Source: Bacteroidales bacterium
GTDB lineage: Bacteria; Bacteroidota; Bacteroidia; Bacteroidales; VadinHA17
Direction: 5' to 3'
DNA: 64,000 nt
NCBI GenBank assembly: GCA_035530515.1
Contig: DATKUO010000139.1
Location: 1,917 to 65,916 of the forward strand
Shown here: positions 54,903-64,000 of the stretch, piece by piece
How positions within the stretch are numbered: the stretch's first letter is position 1
Layout: every line of letters begins with the position of its first letter
Notes under the pieces: model-generated
What the model saw: only the letters and a program-made list of their open reading frames with translations
Told to the model about the DNA's origin: nothing
Database searches by the model: none
Position numbers and translations under genes: made by a program

Positions 54903-55760
54903 ATGGAGGTGTTTTGTACAGTTAACGAATTGCAAAACCAGATTAAAAAGAGGCATCTTGCACCTGTTGGTTTTGTGCCAACAATGGGTGCACTGCATGA
55001 AGGGCATCTATCTCTGGCTGCAAATGCTGTAAAACTATGCCCTTTAGTAGTTGTGAGTATATATGTAAATCCGACACAGTTTAGCGACAAAAAAGATCTG
55101 AATAATTACCCCAGAACTCCGGAAATGGATCTGGAACTTCTTGAAAAAGCCCTCAGGAAAACTGACATTGTTTTTACTCCTGAAAACGAAGAAATTTACC
55201 CTGAAGAAGATATACGGCATTTCTATTTCGGTAATCTTGATAATGTAATGGAAGCTCTTTACCGTCCAAACCATTTTAATGGTGTTGCAAAAGTGGTGAG
55301 CAGGCTTTTCAACATAGTTAAGCCCGATATCGCCATATTTGGGATGAAAGACTTTCAACAACTTGCCGTGATTAGAGAACTGGTAAGGCAGACCGGAAAT
55401 AAAGTGAAAATAATTGGTCATCCTATAGTACGGGAAAATGATGGATTGGCTATGAGCAGCAGAAACCGGCTTCTTGAGTCTGGTATAAGAAGAGACGCAG
55501 CCATTATCTATAAAACCATCTCCGCTGCCTCTGAAATGACTACTGAACACGATATTTCCGAAATAAAATCCTTCGTTGAAAACAGCATCAATAATGTCTC
55601 TGGCTTCAAAGTGGAATACTTTGATATTGTGGATGATACAGATCTTATCCCATTAAACAAAAGAGATGAAATCAATATAGATAAAAGATATTATGGATGC
55701 ATTGCTGTCAAAGCCGGTAATATAAGACTGATAGATAATATCGAATTTGGGTTGGTCTGA
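54903..55760 (+). CDS. panC: pantoate--beta-alanine ligase
   Basis: 285-aa ORF with GFVPTMGALHEGH, VSIYVNPTQF and FGMKDFQQ motifs. Confidence 0.95.
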   Translation: MEVFCTVNELQNQIKKRHLAPVGFVPTMGALHEGHLSLAANAVKLCPLVVVSIYVNPTQFSDKKDLNNYPRTPEMDLELLEKALRKTDIVFTPENEEIYPEEDIRHFYFGNLDNVMEALYRPNHFNGVAKVVSRLFNIVKPDIAIFGMKDFQQLAVIRELVRQTGNKVKIIGHPIVRENDGLAMSSRNRLLESGIRRDAAIIYKTISAASEMTTEHDISEIKSFVENSINNVSGFKVEYFDIVDDTDLIPLNKRDEINIDKRYYGCIAVKAGNIRLIDNIEFGLV

Positions 55761-55814
55761 ATCAAAAGGTTAATTACCTTTGCTGAGTAATTATTATCAA
55801 CAAGGTATCATCCT

Positions 55815-56165
55815 ATGTTAATAGAAGTATTAAAATCAAAAATTCACAGGGTTTCCATAACAGGTGCAAATCTTCATTATGTTGGGAGCATCACAATTGA
55901 TGAGGATCTTATGAATGCTGCAAATATAATAGAAAACGAGAAAGTCCAGGTTCTAAACTTAAATAACGGTGAACGTTTTGAAACCTATGTAATAAAAGGT
56001 GAAAGAGGCTCAGGAGAGATATGCCTTAATGGTGCTGCTGCAAGAAAGGTGGTAGTCGGCGATATTATCATTATTATGTCATTCGCCTTGCTTGATTTCA
56101 GGGAAGCGAAGACATTCAAACCATCTATTATCTTCCCTGATACACAAACAAATAAATTGATCTGA
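55815..56165 (+). CDS. panD: aspartate 1-decarboxylase
   Basis: 116-aa [26 protein letters not shown] carries the Gly-Ser self-cleavage site. It lies downstream of panC. Confidence 0.95.
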   Translation: MLIEVLKSKIHRVSITGANLHYVGSITIDEDLMNAANIIENEKVQVLNLNNGERFETYVIKGERGSGEICLNGAAARKVVVGDIIIIMSFALLDFREAKTFKPSIIFPDTQTNKLI

Positions 56166-56167
56166 AA

Positions 56168-57181
56168 TTGAGGAAAGGAATTCTACAATCTCTGAAGTTT
56201 CTGGGTTTCCTTGCTGTCGGAATAATCCTTTTATGGTTTGCATTCCGAAATGTCGATTTTCCGAAGATTACTGCTGTTCTAAAGGAAGCTAATTACTCCT
56301 GGCTTATACTGTCAGTATTCTTTGGGCTTGCCGCTTTTATCAGCCGTGCCAGAAGATGGGCACTCCTTATTAACCCACTGGGATTCAACCCTTCATTAAG
56401 AAACTCGTTTTATGCATTGATGACTGGCTACCTGGCTAACATTGCATTACCAAGAATTGGCGAAATAACCCGTTGCGTAGCATTGGGGAAAAAGGAAAAA
56501 ATACCTGTCGATCAACTTATAGGAACCGTGGTTGTTGAACGTTCCATAGACTTCCTCTCCCTCCTTGCAATCATGATTTACCTGATATTCACCAGTGGGG
56601 ATCAAATAAACCTTTTCCTTAAGGAGAGCATTCTGGTTCCTATTCAACAGGATGTGTTGTCTATATTTGGTGTCACATGGATTCTCTGGGTAATACTTTT
56701 CTCTATTCTTATTATCTTATTTGTTTTGATGATCTGGTATAGAAAGAGCCTTCGAAAGGTTCGGTTTTTTTCAAAGATTTTCGACCTGGCAGGAGGAGTT
56801 ATTAACGGACTGAGAACAATTACCAATCTAAAGAGGAAATGGGAATTTATTTTCCACACAGTCTTTATCTGGATCAACTATGCACTTATGACATGGGTGG
56901 TCGTATTCTCCATCGAGAGTACTTCACACCTGACCTTTGAAGATAGTATTTTCCTTCTCGTTATTGGAGGACTTGCCATGTCGGCACCCGTACAGAGTGG
57001 ACTTGGTGCATTCCATTATATTATTTCCCGTGGCCTGTTGATTGTCAAGAATATTCCCCTGGAAGACGGACTTGTTTATGCACTTCTTACCCATGAATCA
57101 CAACTGATTATTGTCGCAATAATAGGAACTATATCCTTCTTTATAATTTTCAAAAAGAACAAGAAAGAAGAAAGTTCCTGA
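56168..57181 (+). CDS. lysylphosphatidylglycerol-synthase-TM-region family (UPF0104/flippase-like) membrane protein
   Basis: 337-aa polytopic membrane ORF. RARRWALLINPLG and the LPRIGEITRC motif are typical of TIGR00374/UPF0104 proteins. Confidence 0.65.
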   Translation: MRKGILQSLKFLGFLAVGIILLWFAFRNVDFPKITAVLKEANYSWLILSVFFGLAAFISRARRWALLINPLGFNPSLRNSFYALMTGYLANIALPRIGEITRCVALGKKEKIPVDQLIGTVVVERSIDFLSLLAIMIYLIFTSGDQINLFLKESILVPIQQDVLSIFGVTWILWVILFSILIILFVLMIWYRKSLRKVRFFSKIFDLAGGVINGLRTITNLKRKWEFIFHTVFIWINYALMTWVVVFSIESTSHLTFEDSIFLLVIGGLAMSAPVQSGLGAFHYIISRGLLIVKNIPLEDGLVYALLTHESQLIIVAIIGTISFFIIFKKNKKEESS

Positions 57182-57319
57182 TAAGGTTTGCTCACAGGCA
57201 TTCAAGTTTTTTCATTTGAACTTATTTGATTTTATAGAATAAATATTAATATCTGTTTGATTACAAGCCATTAAGAAACAATTATTAAGATACTTTAAGA
57301 TTTTTACGAATTATAAAAG

Positions 57320-57342
57320 CCCCCAATTGGGGGGTTGGGGGG
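57320..57342. repeat. C5-AATT-G5 perfect palindrome followed by a second G6 run, immediately upstream of radA
   Basis: CCCCCAATTGGGGG (57320-57333) is a perfect 14-nt palindrome. It is followed by GTTGGGGGG (to 57342), and the radA ATG is at 57351. Confidence 0.8.
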
Positions 57343-57350
57343 TAAACATT

Positions 57351-58712
57351 ATGGCAAAAAACAAAACAATATTCGTTTGTCAGAATTGCGGTGTCGAATC
57401 GGCAAAGTGGATTGGAAGATGCCCGTCATGTAAGGAATGGAATACATACCATGAAGAGATTATTGCAACCACCTCTTCCCGCGATACAGTTTTCGTAATG
57501 AACCAGGGAAAAAGGAAACCTGAACTTCTTGACAACATTAAAGCTGATGAACATGGCCGACAGAAAAGTGGTATTTCAGAACTCGACAGGATATTAGGTG
57601 GAGGTATTGTGGGTGGATCACTTATCCTTCTCGGTGGGGAACCCGGTGTTGGCAAATCCACTCTGGCACTTCAACTTGCCCTTGCCCTTAAAGGGAAAAA
57701 AATCCTTTATGTTTCCGGTGAAGAGAGCGAAGAACAGATAAGCCTTCGGGCCCAAAGGATGAAAAACACTAACCCTCAATGCTACATTCTTTGTGAAACA
57801 GAACTTGAAAGCATCATTGCACATGCCGAAAATATTAAACCGGCATTAGTAATCATTGACTCAATCCAGACTATAAGTAACGGAATGCTCGAGTCTTCTG
57901 CAGGATCGGTATCGCAGGTAAGGGAATGTGCCGCACAGCTACTCAAATATTCCAAGATAACCGGAATTCCTGTCTTCCTGATTGGCCATATCACCAAGGA
58001 TGGCACACTTGCAGGCCCTAAGGTACTGGAACATATTGTTGATGTGGTTTTATATTTTGAGGGTGATAATAATTATGTTTACCGGATACTACGTTCAGTT
58101 AAAAACAGGTTTGGAGCAACTTCTGAATTAGGTATTTTTGAGATGGTAGAGACAGGCTTAAGGGAAGTAGACAACCCCTCTGAAATGTTTATTAATCAAC
58201 ACGATGAAGCACTTAGTGGTGTTTCAATTGCTGCAACAGTTGATGGGCTTAGACCGTTTCTTATTGAAACTCAGGCACTTGTGAGCAGTGCTGTGTACGG
58301 GACACCACAAAGAAGCTCAACCGGTTTCGATATCCGAAGACTTAATATGCTGCTTGCTGTACTTGAAAAAAGAGCCGGTTTTAAACTTGGAATAAAAGAT
58401 GTTTTTCTGAATATTGCCGGAGGTATTAAAGTAAACGACCCTGCAATAGATCTTGCAATTATAAGTTCCGTATTATCCTCCAATTTAGACATCCCTATTG
58501 AACGGGAAATCTGTTTTTCCGGAGAAACTGGTCTTTCGGGAGAAATCAGACCCGTTTCACGAATAGAACAACGTATCAGGGAAGCGTCAAAAATGGGATT
58601 CAACAAAATATATATATCAAAATATCACCGGAATGTATCAATTAAAGGATTAAACATTGAAGTGATATCCGTTGCCAAGATTGAGAATCTTGTCAGATCG
58701 CTTTTTAGCTAA
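57351..58712 (+). CDS. radA: DNA repair protein RadA
   Basis: MAKNKTIFVCQNCG..CPSCKEWNT forms the Zn finger, GGEPGVGKST is the Walker A motif, a KNRFG motif is present, and the C-terminus is a Lon-like domain. The track start at 57327 (MGGWGVNI..) is read through the G-rich palindrome and is unlikely. Confidence 0.95.
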   Translation: MAKNKTIFVCQNCGVESAKWIGRCPSCKEWNTYHEEIIATTSSRDTVFVMNQGKRKPELLDNIKADEHGRQKSGISELDRILGGGIVGGSLILLGGEPGVGKSTLALQLALALKGKKILYVSGEESEEQISLRAQRMKNTNPQCYILCETELESIIAHAENIKPALVIIDSIQTISNGMLESSAGSVSQVRECAAQLLKYSKITGIPVFLIGHITKDGTLAGPKVLEHIVDVVLYFEGDNNYVYRILRSVKNRFGATSELGIFEMVETGLREVDNPSEMFINQHDEALSGVSIAATVDGLRPFLIETQALVSSAVYGTPQRSSTGFDIRRLNMLLAVLEKRAGFKLGIKDVFLNIAGGIKVNDPAIDLAIISSVLSSNLDIPIEREICFSGETGLSGEIRPVSRIEQRIREASKMGFNKIYISKYHRNVSIKGLNIEVISVAKIENLVRSLFS

Positions 58713-58759
58713 ACAACTAAGAAATCATTAACCCGGCTTGAACCCCTCGTGCAATTGGG

Positions 58760-58799
58760 CCGTTATGCCTTTGTGCCGTTGCGCCATTGCGCCTTCTTA
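58760..58799. repeat. solo 5-unit octamer array of the CCGTTATG family
   Basis: The units read ccgttatg cctttgtg ccgttgcg ccattgcg ccttctta. The first 22 nt differ at one position from 20975-20996 (ccgttatgcctttgcgccgttg). The last unit contains the PBP1A stop codon. Confidence 0.85.
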
Positions 58800-61145
58800 A
58801 TATCTCCCTCGGCTATAATTATACCGGCTTGAATTTTCCCTTTTTACCTTTTCACAATCGAGTTCCATGTTGAAATTAGAGGGACGTTCAAACTCATCAG
58901 CCTCCATGATTCCGAATAGAGGATCGGCATAGACTTTTTGAAGGAACAAGGCAAATACAGGTAAGGCCATATTGGCTCCCTGACCTTCTGATATCGTCTC
59001 AAAGTGAATTGACTGGTCTTCCCATCCGGTCCATACACCACCAACAAGGTTAGGCGTTACACCCATGAACCAGCCATTGGAATTGTTCTGTGTTGTTCCT
59101 GTTTTTCCACCAATCTGATTCCTGAAATTATAGGGCTCATTTCGCATCCTTATGGCTGTTCCTCTGGTAACAACATTCTGTAAGAGATTAAGCATCAGGT
59201 AAGCTTGTTCTTCACTTAAAACCTCTTCAATTTTTGGGGTGAACCTTGAAATAACATTTCCGTTTTTATCTTCAATACGGGTAACATACATAGGTCGGGT
59301 ATATACACCTTTATTGGCAAAAGTACCATATGCACCAACCATCTCTTCCAGTTTAATATCGGAAGTTCCCAAAAATATTGAAGGTACTGGATCAATAAAA
59401 CTTCTTATCCCCATCTTGTGCATAAGTGCGGATACAGCTGTTGGTTTGAACTGTTTCATTAACCAGGATGAAATATAATTTTCCGAATGAGCAAGCCCCC
59501 ATGCCAGTGTAACCATCTTGCCATGGTAAGCCCTTGGGCCTGAACTCCTTGGTGTCCATGGAACGGTATCTCCTGGCAAATCAAAAGATCTTGGAATATT
59601 CTCCACCTCCCAACATGGAGAATATCCGTTTTGCATTGCTATTGTGTAAAGGAAAGGTTTAATTGTACTGCCAACCTGCTTTTTTTGTTGGGTTATGGCA
59701 TCATATTTGAAATATCTAAAATCAGGACCTCCCACATATGCTTTGACATAGCCGTTATGAGGATCTTCTACCATAAAAGAAGACCTGATAAAATATTTAT
59801 AGTATCGAATAGAATCGAGAGGTGTCATTAAGGTATCCCTGTCTCCTTTCCACGAAAAGACTTTCATTTTCACGGGTGTGTTGAAAGCCAGCATTATCGA
59901 ATCTTCAGGAATACCTCTTGCTCTCATTATATAATACCTGTCACTCTGAAAAAGAGACCTCATAATTAAGTCATCAATCTCTTTTTTCGTAAGATCATCT
60001 GAATATGGTGGATTCTTAAACCCTTCTGCCCGTTTATAAAAAGCTGGCTGCATCTCTTTTGAAAGATGTTCGGTCAAAGCCTCCTCAGCATATTGCTGCA
60101 TGCGTGAATTTATAGTTGTATAAATCTTTAGCCCGTCTTTATATATACTATAATCCGTTCCATCCGGTTTCTTATTTTTATTACACCAGCCATAAAGCGG
60201 ATTGTTTTCCCATTCCCATAATGCATCGTCATACGATGATTGCTGTACATATTTGTTTCTGTCAGGTTCAGGCCTCCTCATTGTATTCCTGATGTACTCC
60301 CTCAGATAGGTGGCAAGTCCGGTATTATGATCCTCAACGCTGAAATCAACCTCTATTGGCAAGTTCTTCACTGAGTCTGCTACAGAAGATGTGATGTAAC
60401 CATATTTTTCCATCTGTGAGAGAACAACATTCCGGCGTTGCAACATAAGATCATAATTCCTCACCGGATTATATCTTGTTGACGCTTTAAGCATTCCTAT
60501 CAGTACGGCTGATTCCTGGAGATTCAAAGAGTCGGGAGTTGTATTGAAGTATGCCTTTGCTGCTGACTTGATTCCAATAGCATTATAACTGTAGTTAAAT
60601 TTATTCAGATACATGGTAATGATCTCTTCCTTGGTATAGCTTCGTTCAAGCTTTACTGCAGTCTGCCACTCTTTGAATTTAGAAACCCCCAGCTTCACCT
60701 TTTTCATTAAAGCAGAGGTTTTAGTTGTGTCTCTCGGGTAGAGTTGCTTAGCTAGCTGCTGAGTAATAGTGCTGGCACCTCCTGTGCTCTGACCCAGAAG
60801 AATTGTTCTGATTGCTGTACGTCCAAGACCTCGTAGATCAATTCCGGAATGTCTGTAATATCGTATATCTTCTGTTGCTATAAGTGCATCGGTAAGATAT
60901 GGAGAAAGATCTTTATACTCTGTCCATGTAAGGTTCTCAATACTAATCTTTCCCAGAAGAACTCCATCTTCTGAATAAACCTCTGCAGCCAGGTAATATT
61001 CCGGATTTTCAAGTTCGTCGAATGAGGGCATTGGCCCCAGTTTTTCCTTTGATATCAGAATAAATAATGTAATTATAAAAACGAACGGAAAAATGAATAG
61101 CGCCCAGAACCAAATCAGATATTTTCTGTTATTATTACTTTTCAT
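58797..61145 (-). CDS. mrcA: penicillin-binding protein 1A (bifunctional transglycosylase/transpeptidase)
   Basis: 782-aa ORF with an N-terminal TM anchor, GT51 motifs EDIRYYRHSGID and GASTITQQ, and transpeptidase SxxK in GSTIKPFLY with KTGTT near the C-terminus. Confidence 0.9.
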   Translation of the reverse strand: MKSNNNRKYLIWFWALFIFPFVFIITLFILISKEKLGPMPSFDELENPEYYLAAEVYSEDGVLLGKISIENLTWTEYKDLSPYLTDALIATEDIRYYRHSGIDLRGLGRTAIRTILLGQSTGGASTITQQLAKQLYPRDTTKTSALMKKVKLGVSKFKEWQTAVKLERSYTKEEIITMYLNKFNYSYNAIGIKSAAKAYFNTTPDSLNLQESAVLIGMLKASTRYNPVRNYDLMLQRRNVVLSQMEKYGYITSSVADSVKNLPIEVDFSVEDHNTGLATYLREYIRNTMRRPEPDRNKYVQQSSYDDALWEWENNPLYGWCNKNKKPDGTDYSIYKDGLKIYTTINSRMQQYAEEALTEHLSKEMQPAFYKRAEGFKNPPYSDDLTKKEIDDLIMRSLFQSDRYYIMRARGIPEDSIMLAFNTPVKMKVFSWKGDRDTLMTPLDSIRYYKYFIRSSFMVEDPHNGYVKAYVGGPDFRYFKYDAITQQKKQVGSTIKPFLYTIAMQNGYSPCWEVENIPRSFDLPGDTVPWTPRSSGPRAYHGKMVTLAWGLAHSENYISSWLMKQFKPTAVSALMHKMGIRSFIDPVPSIFLGTSDIKLEEMVGAYGTFANKGVYTRPMYVTRIEDKNGNVISRFTPKIEEVLSEEQAYLMLNLLQNVVTRGTAIRMRNEPYNFRNQIGGKTGTTQNNSNGWFMGVTPNLVGGVWTGWEDQSIHFETISEGQGANMALPVFALFLQKVYADPLFGIMEADEFERPSNFNMELDCEKVKRENSSRYNYSRGRY

Positions 61146-61263
61146 TTACTAAAGAAGTTTGGCCAAAAATAGTAATTAATAAAGAATCTTAACGGATTAT
61201 TTTGAAGTTTGGTACCTAATTGATTTACTTTGTCGTCTGATAAAAGAAAAAATATTTGCTGTA

Positions 61264-63567
61264 ATGATCGAAAATCTTGTAATTGTTGAGTCGCCTGCTA
61301 AAGCTAAAACTATTGAGAAGTTCCTGGGAAAAGACTTCCGCGTTGTCTCTAGTTTCGGGCATATAAGAGATTTGTCCAAAAAGAATCTTGGAATAGATAT
61401 CGAAAAAAATTTCACCCCTGATTATGAAATCCCGAAAGAAAAGGCAAAAGTGGTTAGTGAGCTTCGCAAAGCTGCTGCTGATTCAAAGAATATCTGGATC
61501 GCTTCCGATGAAGACCGTGAAGGAGAAGCTATTGCATGGCACCTGGCAAGTATATTAAAGCTCGACCTCTCAACCACTAAGAGAATCGTATTCCATGAAA
61601 TTACTAAAGAGGCCTTAGCAAATGCTATCAAAAACCCCAGAGAAATTGATATGAACCTGGTAAATTCACAGCAGGCACGCCGTATTCTCGACAGGCTGGT
61701 TGGTTTTGAAATATCTCCTGTCCTTTGGAAAAAGGTACAACCATCACTATCTGCTGGCAGGGTTCAGTCAGTAGCTGTAAGGCTTCTGGTTGAAAGGGAA
61801 AGAGAGATTATCTCCTTTCAAACAGAGTCATCATTCCGGATCACTGCTCTTTTCCGTATCAATTCAGGTACCGGAGAGAGTGCAGTTCTCAGGGCTGAAG
61901 CCTCCAAACGATTTTCTGATGAAAAAGAGGCTCTGAAATTTCTTGAGTTGTGTAATGTTTCAGAATATATAGTCAGTAGTATAAGTATCAAACCAGGGAC
62001 CCGATCACCGGCTCCTCCATTCACTACATCTACTCTTCAGCAGGAGGCTTACCGGAAGCTCGGCTTCTCTGTGGCTCAAACAATGACTGTTGCTCAAAAA
62101 CTATATGAAGCAGGTAAGATAACTTATATGAGGACTGACTCAACTAGTCTTTCCAAACTTGCTCTTGCACGGTCGCATGATGTGATAATTTTGGAGTTTG
62201 GTGAAAAGTATTCAAAAACGCGACAGTTCAAAACCAAATCAAAAGGTGCACAGGAAGCTCATGAAGCTATACGTCCAGCATACCTCAACAATACAACTAC
62301 TGTCGGAAGCCAGAACGAGAAAAGACTTTATGAACTTATCTGGAAAAGAACAATTGCTTCACAGATGGCAGATGCAGAGATGGAGAAGACCTCAATTTCA
62401 ATTGATATGAATAACTCTCCTGTTACATTTCAGGCTAACGGTGAAGTAATTAAATTTGATGGGTTCCTGAGAGTATATACAGAATCGACTGACCAGGAAA
62501 ACAATGATGAGGACAAGTATATAATCCCGCCTGTCAAAAAAGGATTGCCTCTTTGGTACAACAATATTACTGCTGCTCAGAAATACACAACCCCACCACC
62601 AAGATATACAGAAGCCAGCCTTGTTAAAAAGCTAGAGGAACTGGGAATAGGACGACCTTCAACATATGCTCCTACAATTTCAACTATTCAGAACAGGGGA
62701 TATGTTACCCGTGAAGACAGACCTGGTGAAAAACGGCAGATAAAAATTATTACGCTTGAAAAAGGAAACTCTGCATTAACAACAAAAACAGAAATCGCAG
62801 GAAAAGAAAAATCTAAGCTCTTTCCCCAGGATATAGGCATGATCGTTAATGATTTCCTGATGGAAAATTTTTCAGAAATCGTTGATTATCACTTTACTGC
62901 TGAGGTTGAGGAGCAGTTCGATGAGATTGCTTTAGGTAATCTTAAATGGACAGGGATGCTGAAGAAATTCTACTCACCATTTCATCAAACAGTGACAAAT
63001 ACTCTTGAGAAGAAAGAGAGAAAAACAGGGGTAAGAATACTTGGGAATCACCCTGAGTCAGGAGAACCGGTTACTGTAAGAATGGGAAGGTTTGGACCTG
63101 TAGCACAGATAGGCGATTCAGGAAACGATGAGAAGCCCAGATTTGCCAGCCTTGCAAAGAACCAACTGCTTGAAACAATAACTCTTGAAGAGGCATTAAA
63201 CCTGTTCCGCCTACCCCGCTCATTAGGCGAATATGATGGTAGTGAGATGGTGGTTGGAATAGGAAAATTCGGACCCTATATCAGATATAATAGTAAGTTC
63301 TTTTCATTAAAAAAGGGGGTGGATGATCCATATAATATAACTTTCAACAGAGCCGTTGAGGTTATCCTTGAAAAGAATGAAAGTGATAAAAAAAAGGTTC
63401 TGAAAGACTTTGACCACATTAGGTTGCTGAACGGCAGGTATGGACCTTACCTGGTTAAGGACAAAGTAAACTATAGGCTACCTAAAGGGACAGATGCCGA
63501 AAAGCTTACTAAAGAAGATTGTATAACGATTATTGAAAACAGTGATAAAACTAAAAAGCGTTCTTAA
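61264..63567 (+). CDS. topA: DNA topoisomerase I
   Basis: 767-aa ORF. The Toprim N-terminus is LVIVESPAKAKTIEKFLG, followed by DEDREGEAI and the catalytic-Tyr region ITYMRTDS. The C-terminal repeats lack Cys, as is common in Bacteroidota. Confidence 0.95.
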   Translation: MIENLVIVESPAKAKTIEKFLGKDFRVVSSFGHIRDLSKKNLGIDIEKNFTPDYEIPKEKAKVVSELRKAAADSKNIWIASDEDREGEAIAWHLASILKLDLSTTKRIVFHEITKEALANAIKNPREIDMNLVNSQQARRILDRLVGFEISPVLWKKVQPSLSAGRVQSVAVRLLVEREREIISFQTESSFRITALFRINSGTGESAVLRAEASKRFSDEKEALKFLELCNVSEYIVSSISIKPGTRSPAPPFTTSTLQQEAYRKLGFSVAQTMTVAQKLYEAGKITYMRTDSTSLSKLALARSHDVIILEFGEKYSKTRQFKTKSKGAQEAHEAIRPAYLNNTTTVGSQNEKRLYELIWKRTIASQMADAEMEKTSISIDMNNSPVTFQANGEVIKFDGFLRVYTESTDQENNDEDKYIIPPVKKGLPLWYNNITAAQKYTTPPPRYTEASLVKKLEELGIGRPSTYAPTISTIQNRGYVTREDRPGEKRQIKIITLEKGNSALTTKTEIAGKEKSKLFPQDIGMIVNDFLMENFSEIVDYHFTAEVEEQFDEIALGNLKWTGMLKKFYSPFHQTVTNTLEKKERKTGVRILGNHPESGEPVTVRMGRFGPVAQIGDSGNDEKPRFASLAKNQLLETITLEEALNLFRLPRSLGEYDGSEMVVGIGKFGPYIRYNSKFFSLKKGVDDPYNITFNRAVEVILEKNESDKKKVLKDFDHIRLLNGRYGPYLVKDKVNYRLPKGTDAEKLTKEDCITIIENSDKTKKRS

Positions 63568-63575
63568 ACTATGCC

Positions 63576-64000
63576 ATGGTAGACCTGAATGATTATTTTA
63601 ATCCTGTAAGTATAGAAGGTCCTGATTTTGAACATCTGACAGGACATGCTGTCTTCCCTCACAATATCTCTATTCATACTGAGAATACACCAATAAAAAA
63701 TATCAGTAAATACAAGGTCGCATTATTAGGTATCCCTGATGACCGAAACTCTTCAAATACTGGTTCATTTAAAGGACCCGACACCATCAGAAAAGAGTTA
63801 TACAGACTTGCAAAAATTCCGGGAAAATCAAAAATAATTGACCTTGGTAATATGAAACAAGGAGTCTCCTTTAACGATACCATAGCAGGCCTGACAGATA
63901 TCCTCTCCTTATTGATTGGGGAAAACCTGTTCCCCTTAATAATTGGTGGCAGCAGCTCACTCGTTCCTGCAATTGATATGGCCCTCACCCAACAAAAAAT
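63576..64000 (+). CDS. arginase/agmatinase/formimidoylglutamase family protein, N-terminal part (runs off the window)
   Basis: My own translation from the ATG at 63576 gives MVDLNDYFNPVS...KVALLGIPDDRNSSNTGSFKGPDTIRKELYRL...LIIGGSSSLV. The patterns GIP.D....N.G...GP..IR and GG.hS fit the ureohydrolase fold. The track's antisense ORF 63674-63988 is rejected in its favour. Confidence 0.65.
   Translation, partial: MVDLNDYFNPVSIEGPDFEHLTGHAVFPHNISIHTENTPIKNISKYKVALLGIPDDRNSSNTGSFKGPDTIRKELYRLAKIPGKSKIIDLGNMKQGVSFNDTIAGLTDILSLLIGENLFPLIIGGSSSLVPAIDMALTQQK

Noticed and set aside
55044-55550. 168-aa minus-strand ORF antisense to panC, and similar long antisense ORFs (13210-13593, 39700-40083, 45403-45756, 10390-10716, 41788-42129, 58271-58606, 63674-63988)
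   Set aside because: Each lies wholly inside a well-supported conserved gene on the other strand. They have low-complexity or odd composition and no recognisable motifs, and are typical shadow ORFs.
57327-57350. N-terminal extension of radA (MGGWGVNI) given by the ORF track
   Set aside because: The extension is encoded by the G-rich palindrome block. RadA proteins begin close to the CxxC zinc finger (MAKNKTIFVCQNCG), so the ATG at 57351 is preferred.

Overview
This is an AT-rich chromosomal segment of Bacteroidota type. The assignment rests on type IX secretion and gliding genes (gldH, porW/sprE, porX), a CarboxypepD_reg-type TonB-dependent receptor, and the glycogen synthase-DUF4270-glmS and panC-panD arrangements. 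About 55 protein genes are present and almost all are housekeeping. They include gltX, metG, tdh-kbl, class II ribonucleotide reductase, pgk, tpx, holB, trmB, tsaE, mrp/nifU, radA, topA, PBP1A, glmS, Kdo transferase, a wbpA/B/D/E-like UDP-diacetamido-uronate block with galE and rfbB, and one NarL-type two-component pair. I see no rRNA, tRNA, CRISPR array, prophage, integrase or recognisable defence gene. I could not find a convincing new multi-gene system and I say so plainly. The unusual content is in the intergenic DNA. (1) A four-helix-bundle (23S-rRNA-IVS/Avd family) gene is bracketed by two inverted arrays of degenerate 8-mers, with a near-identical solo array 38 kb away. (2) Several other intergenic spacers carry tandem 8-9-nt oligomer arrays. 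(3) An IS200-like HUH/Y1 (RAYT-like) gene is flanked by REP-type GGTGC-NNN-GCACC hairpins in a ~51-bp tandem array, next to a ~34-codon relic of comM/yifB whose DNA is partly duplicated on both sides of the module. (4) A start-less methyltransferase 3' relic lies on the other side of nrdJ. (5) There are two further hairpin-repeat families, one GC-rich (GTCATTGCGAG...GCAATC) and one GGTGCAGATTTGYAATCC type. All functional readings of these repeats are inference. Coordinates and repeat units were read directly from the sequence.
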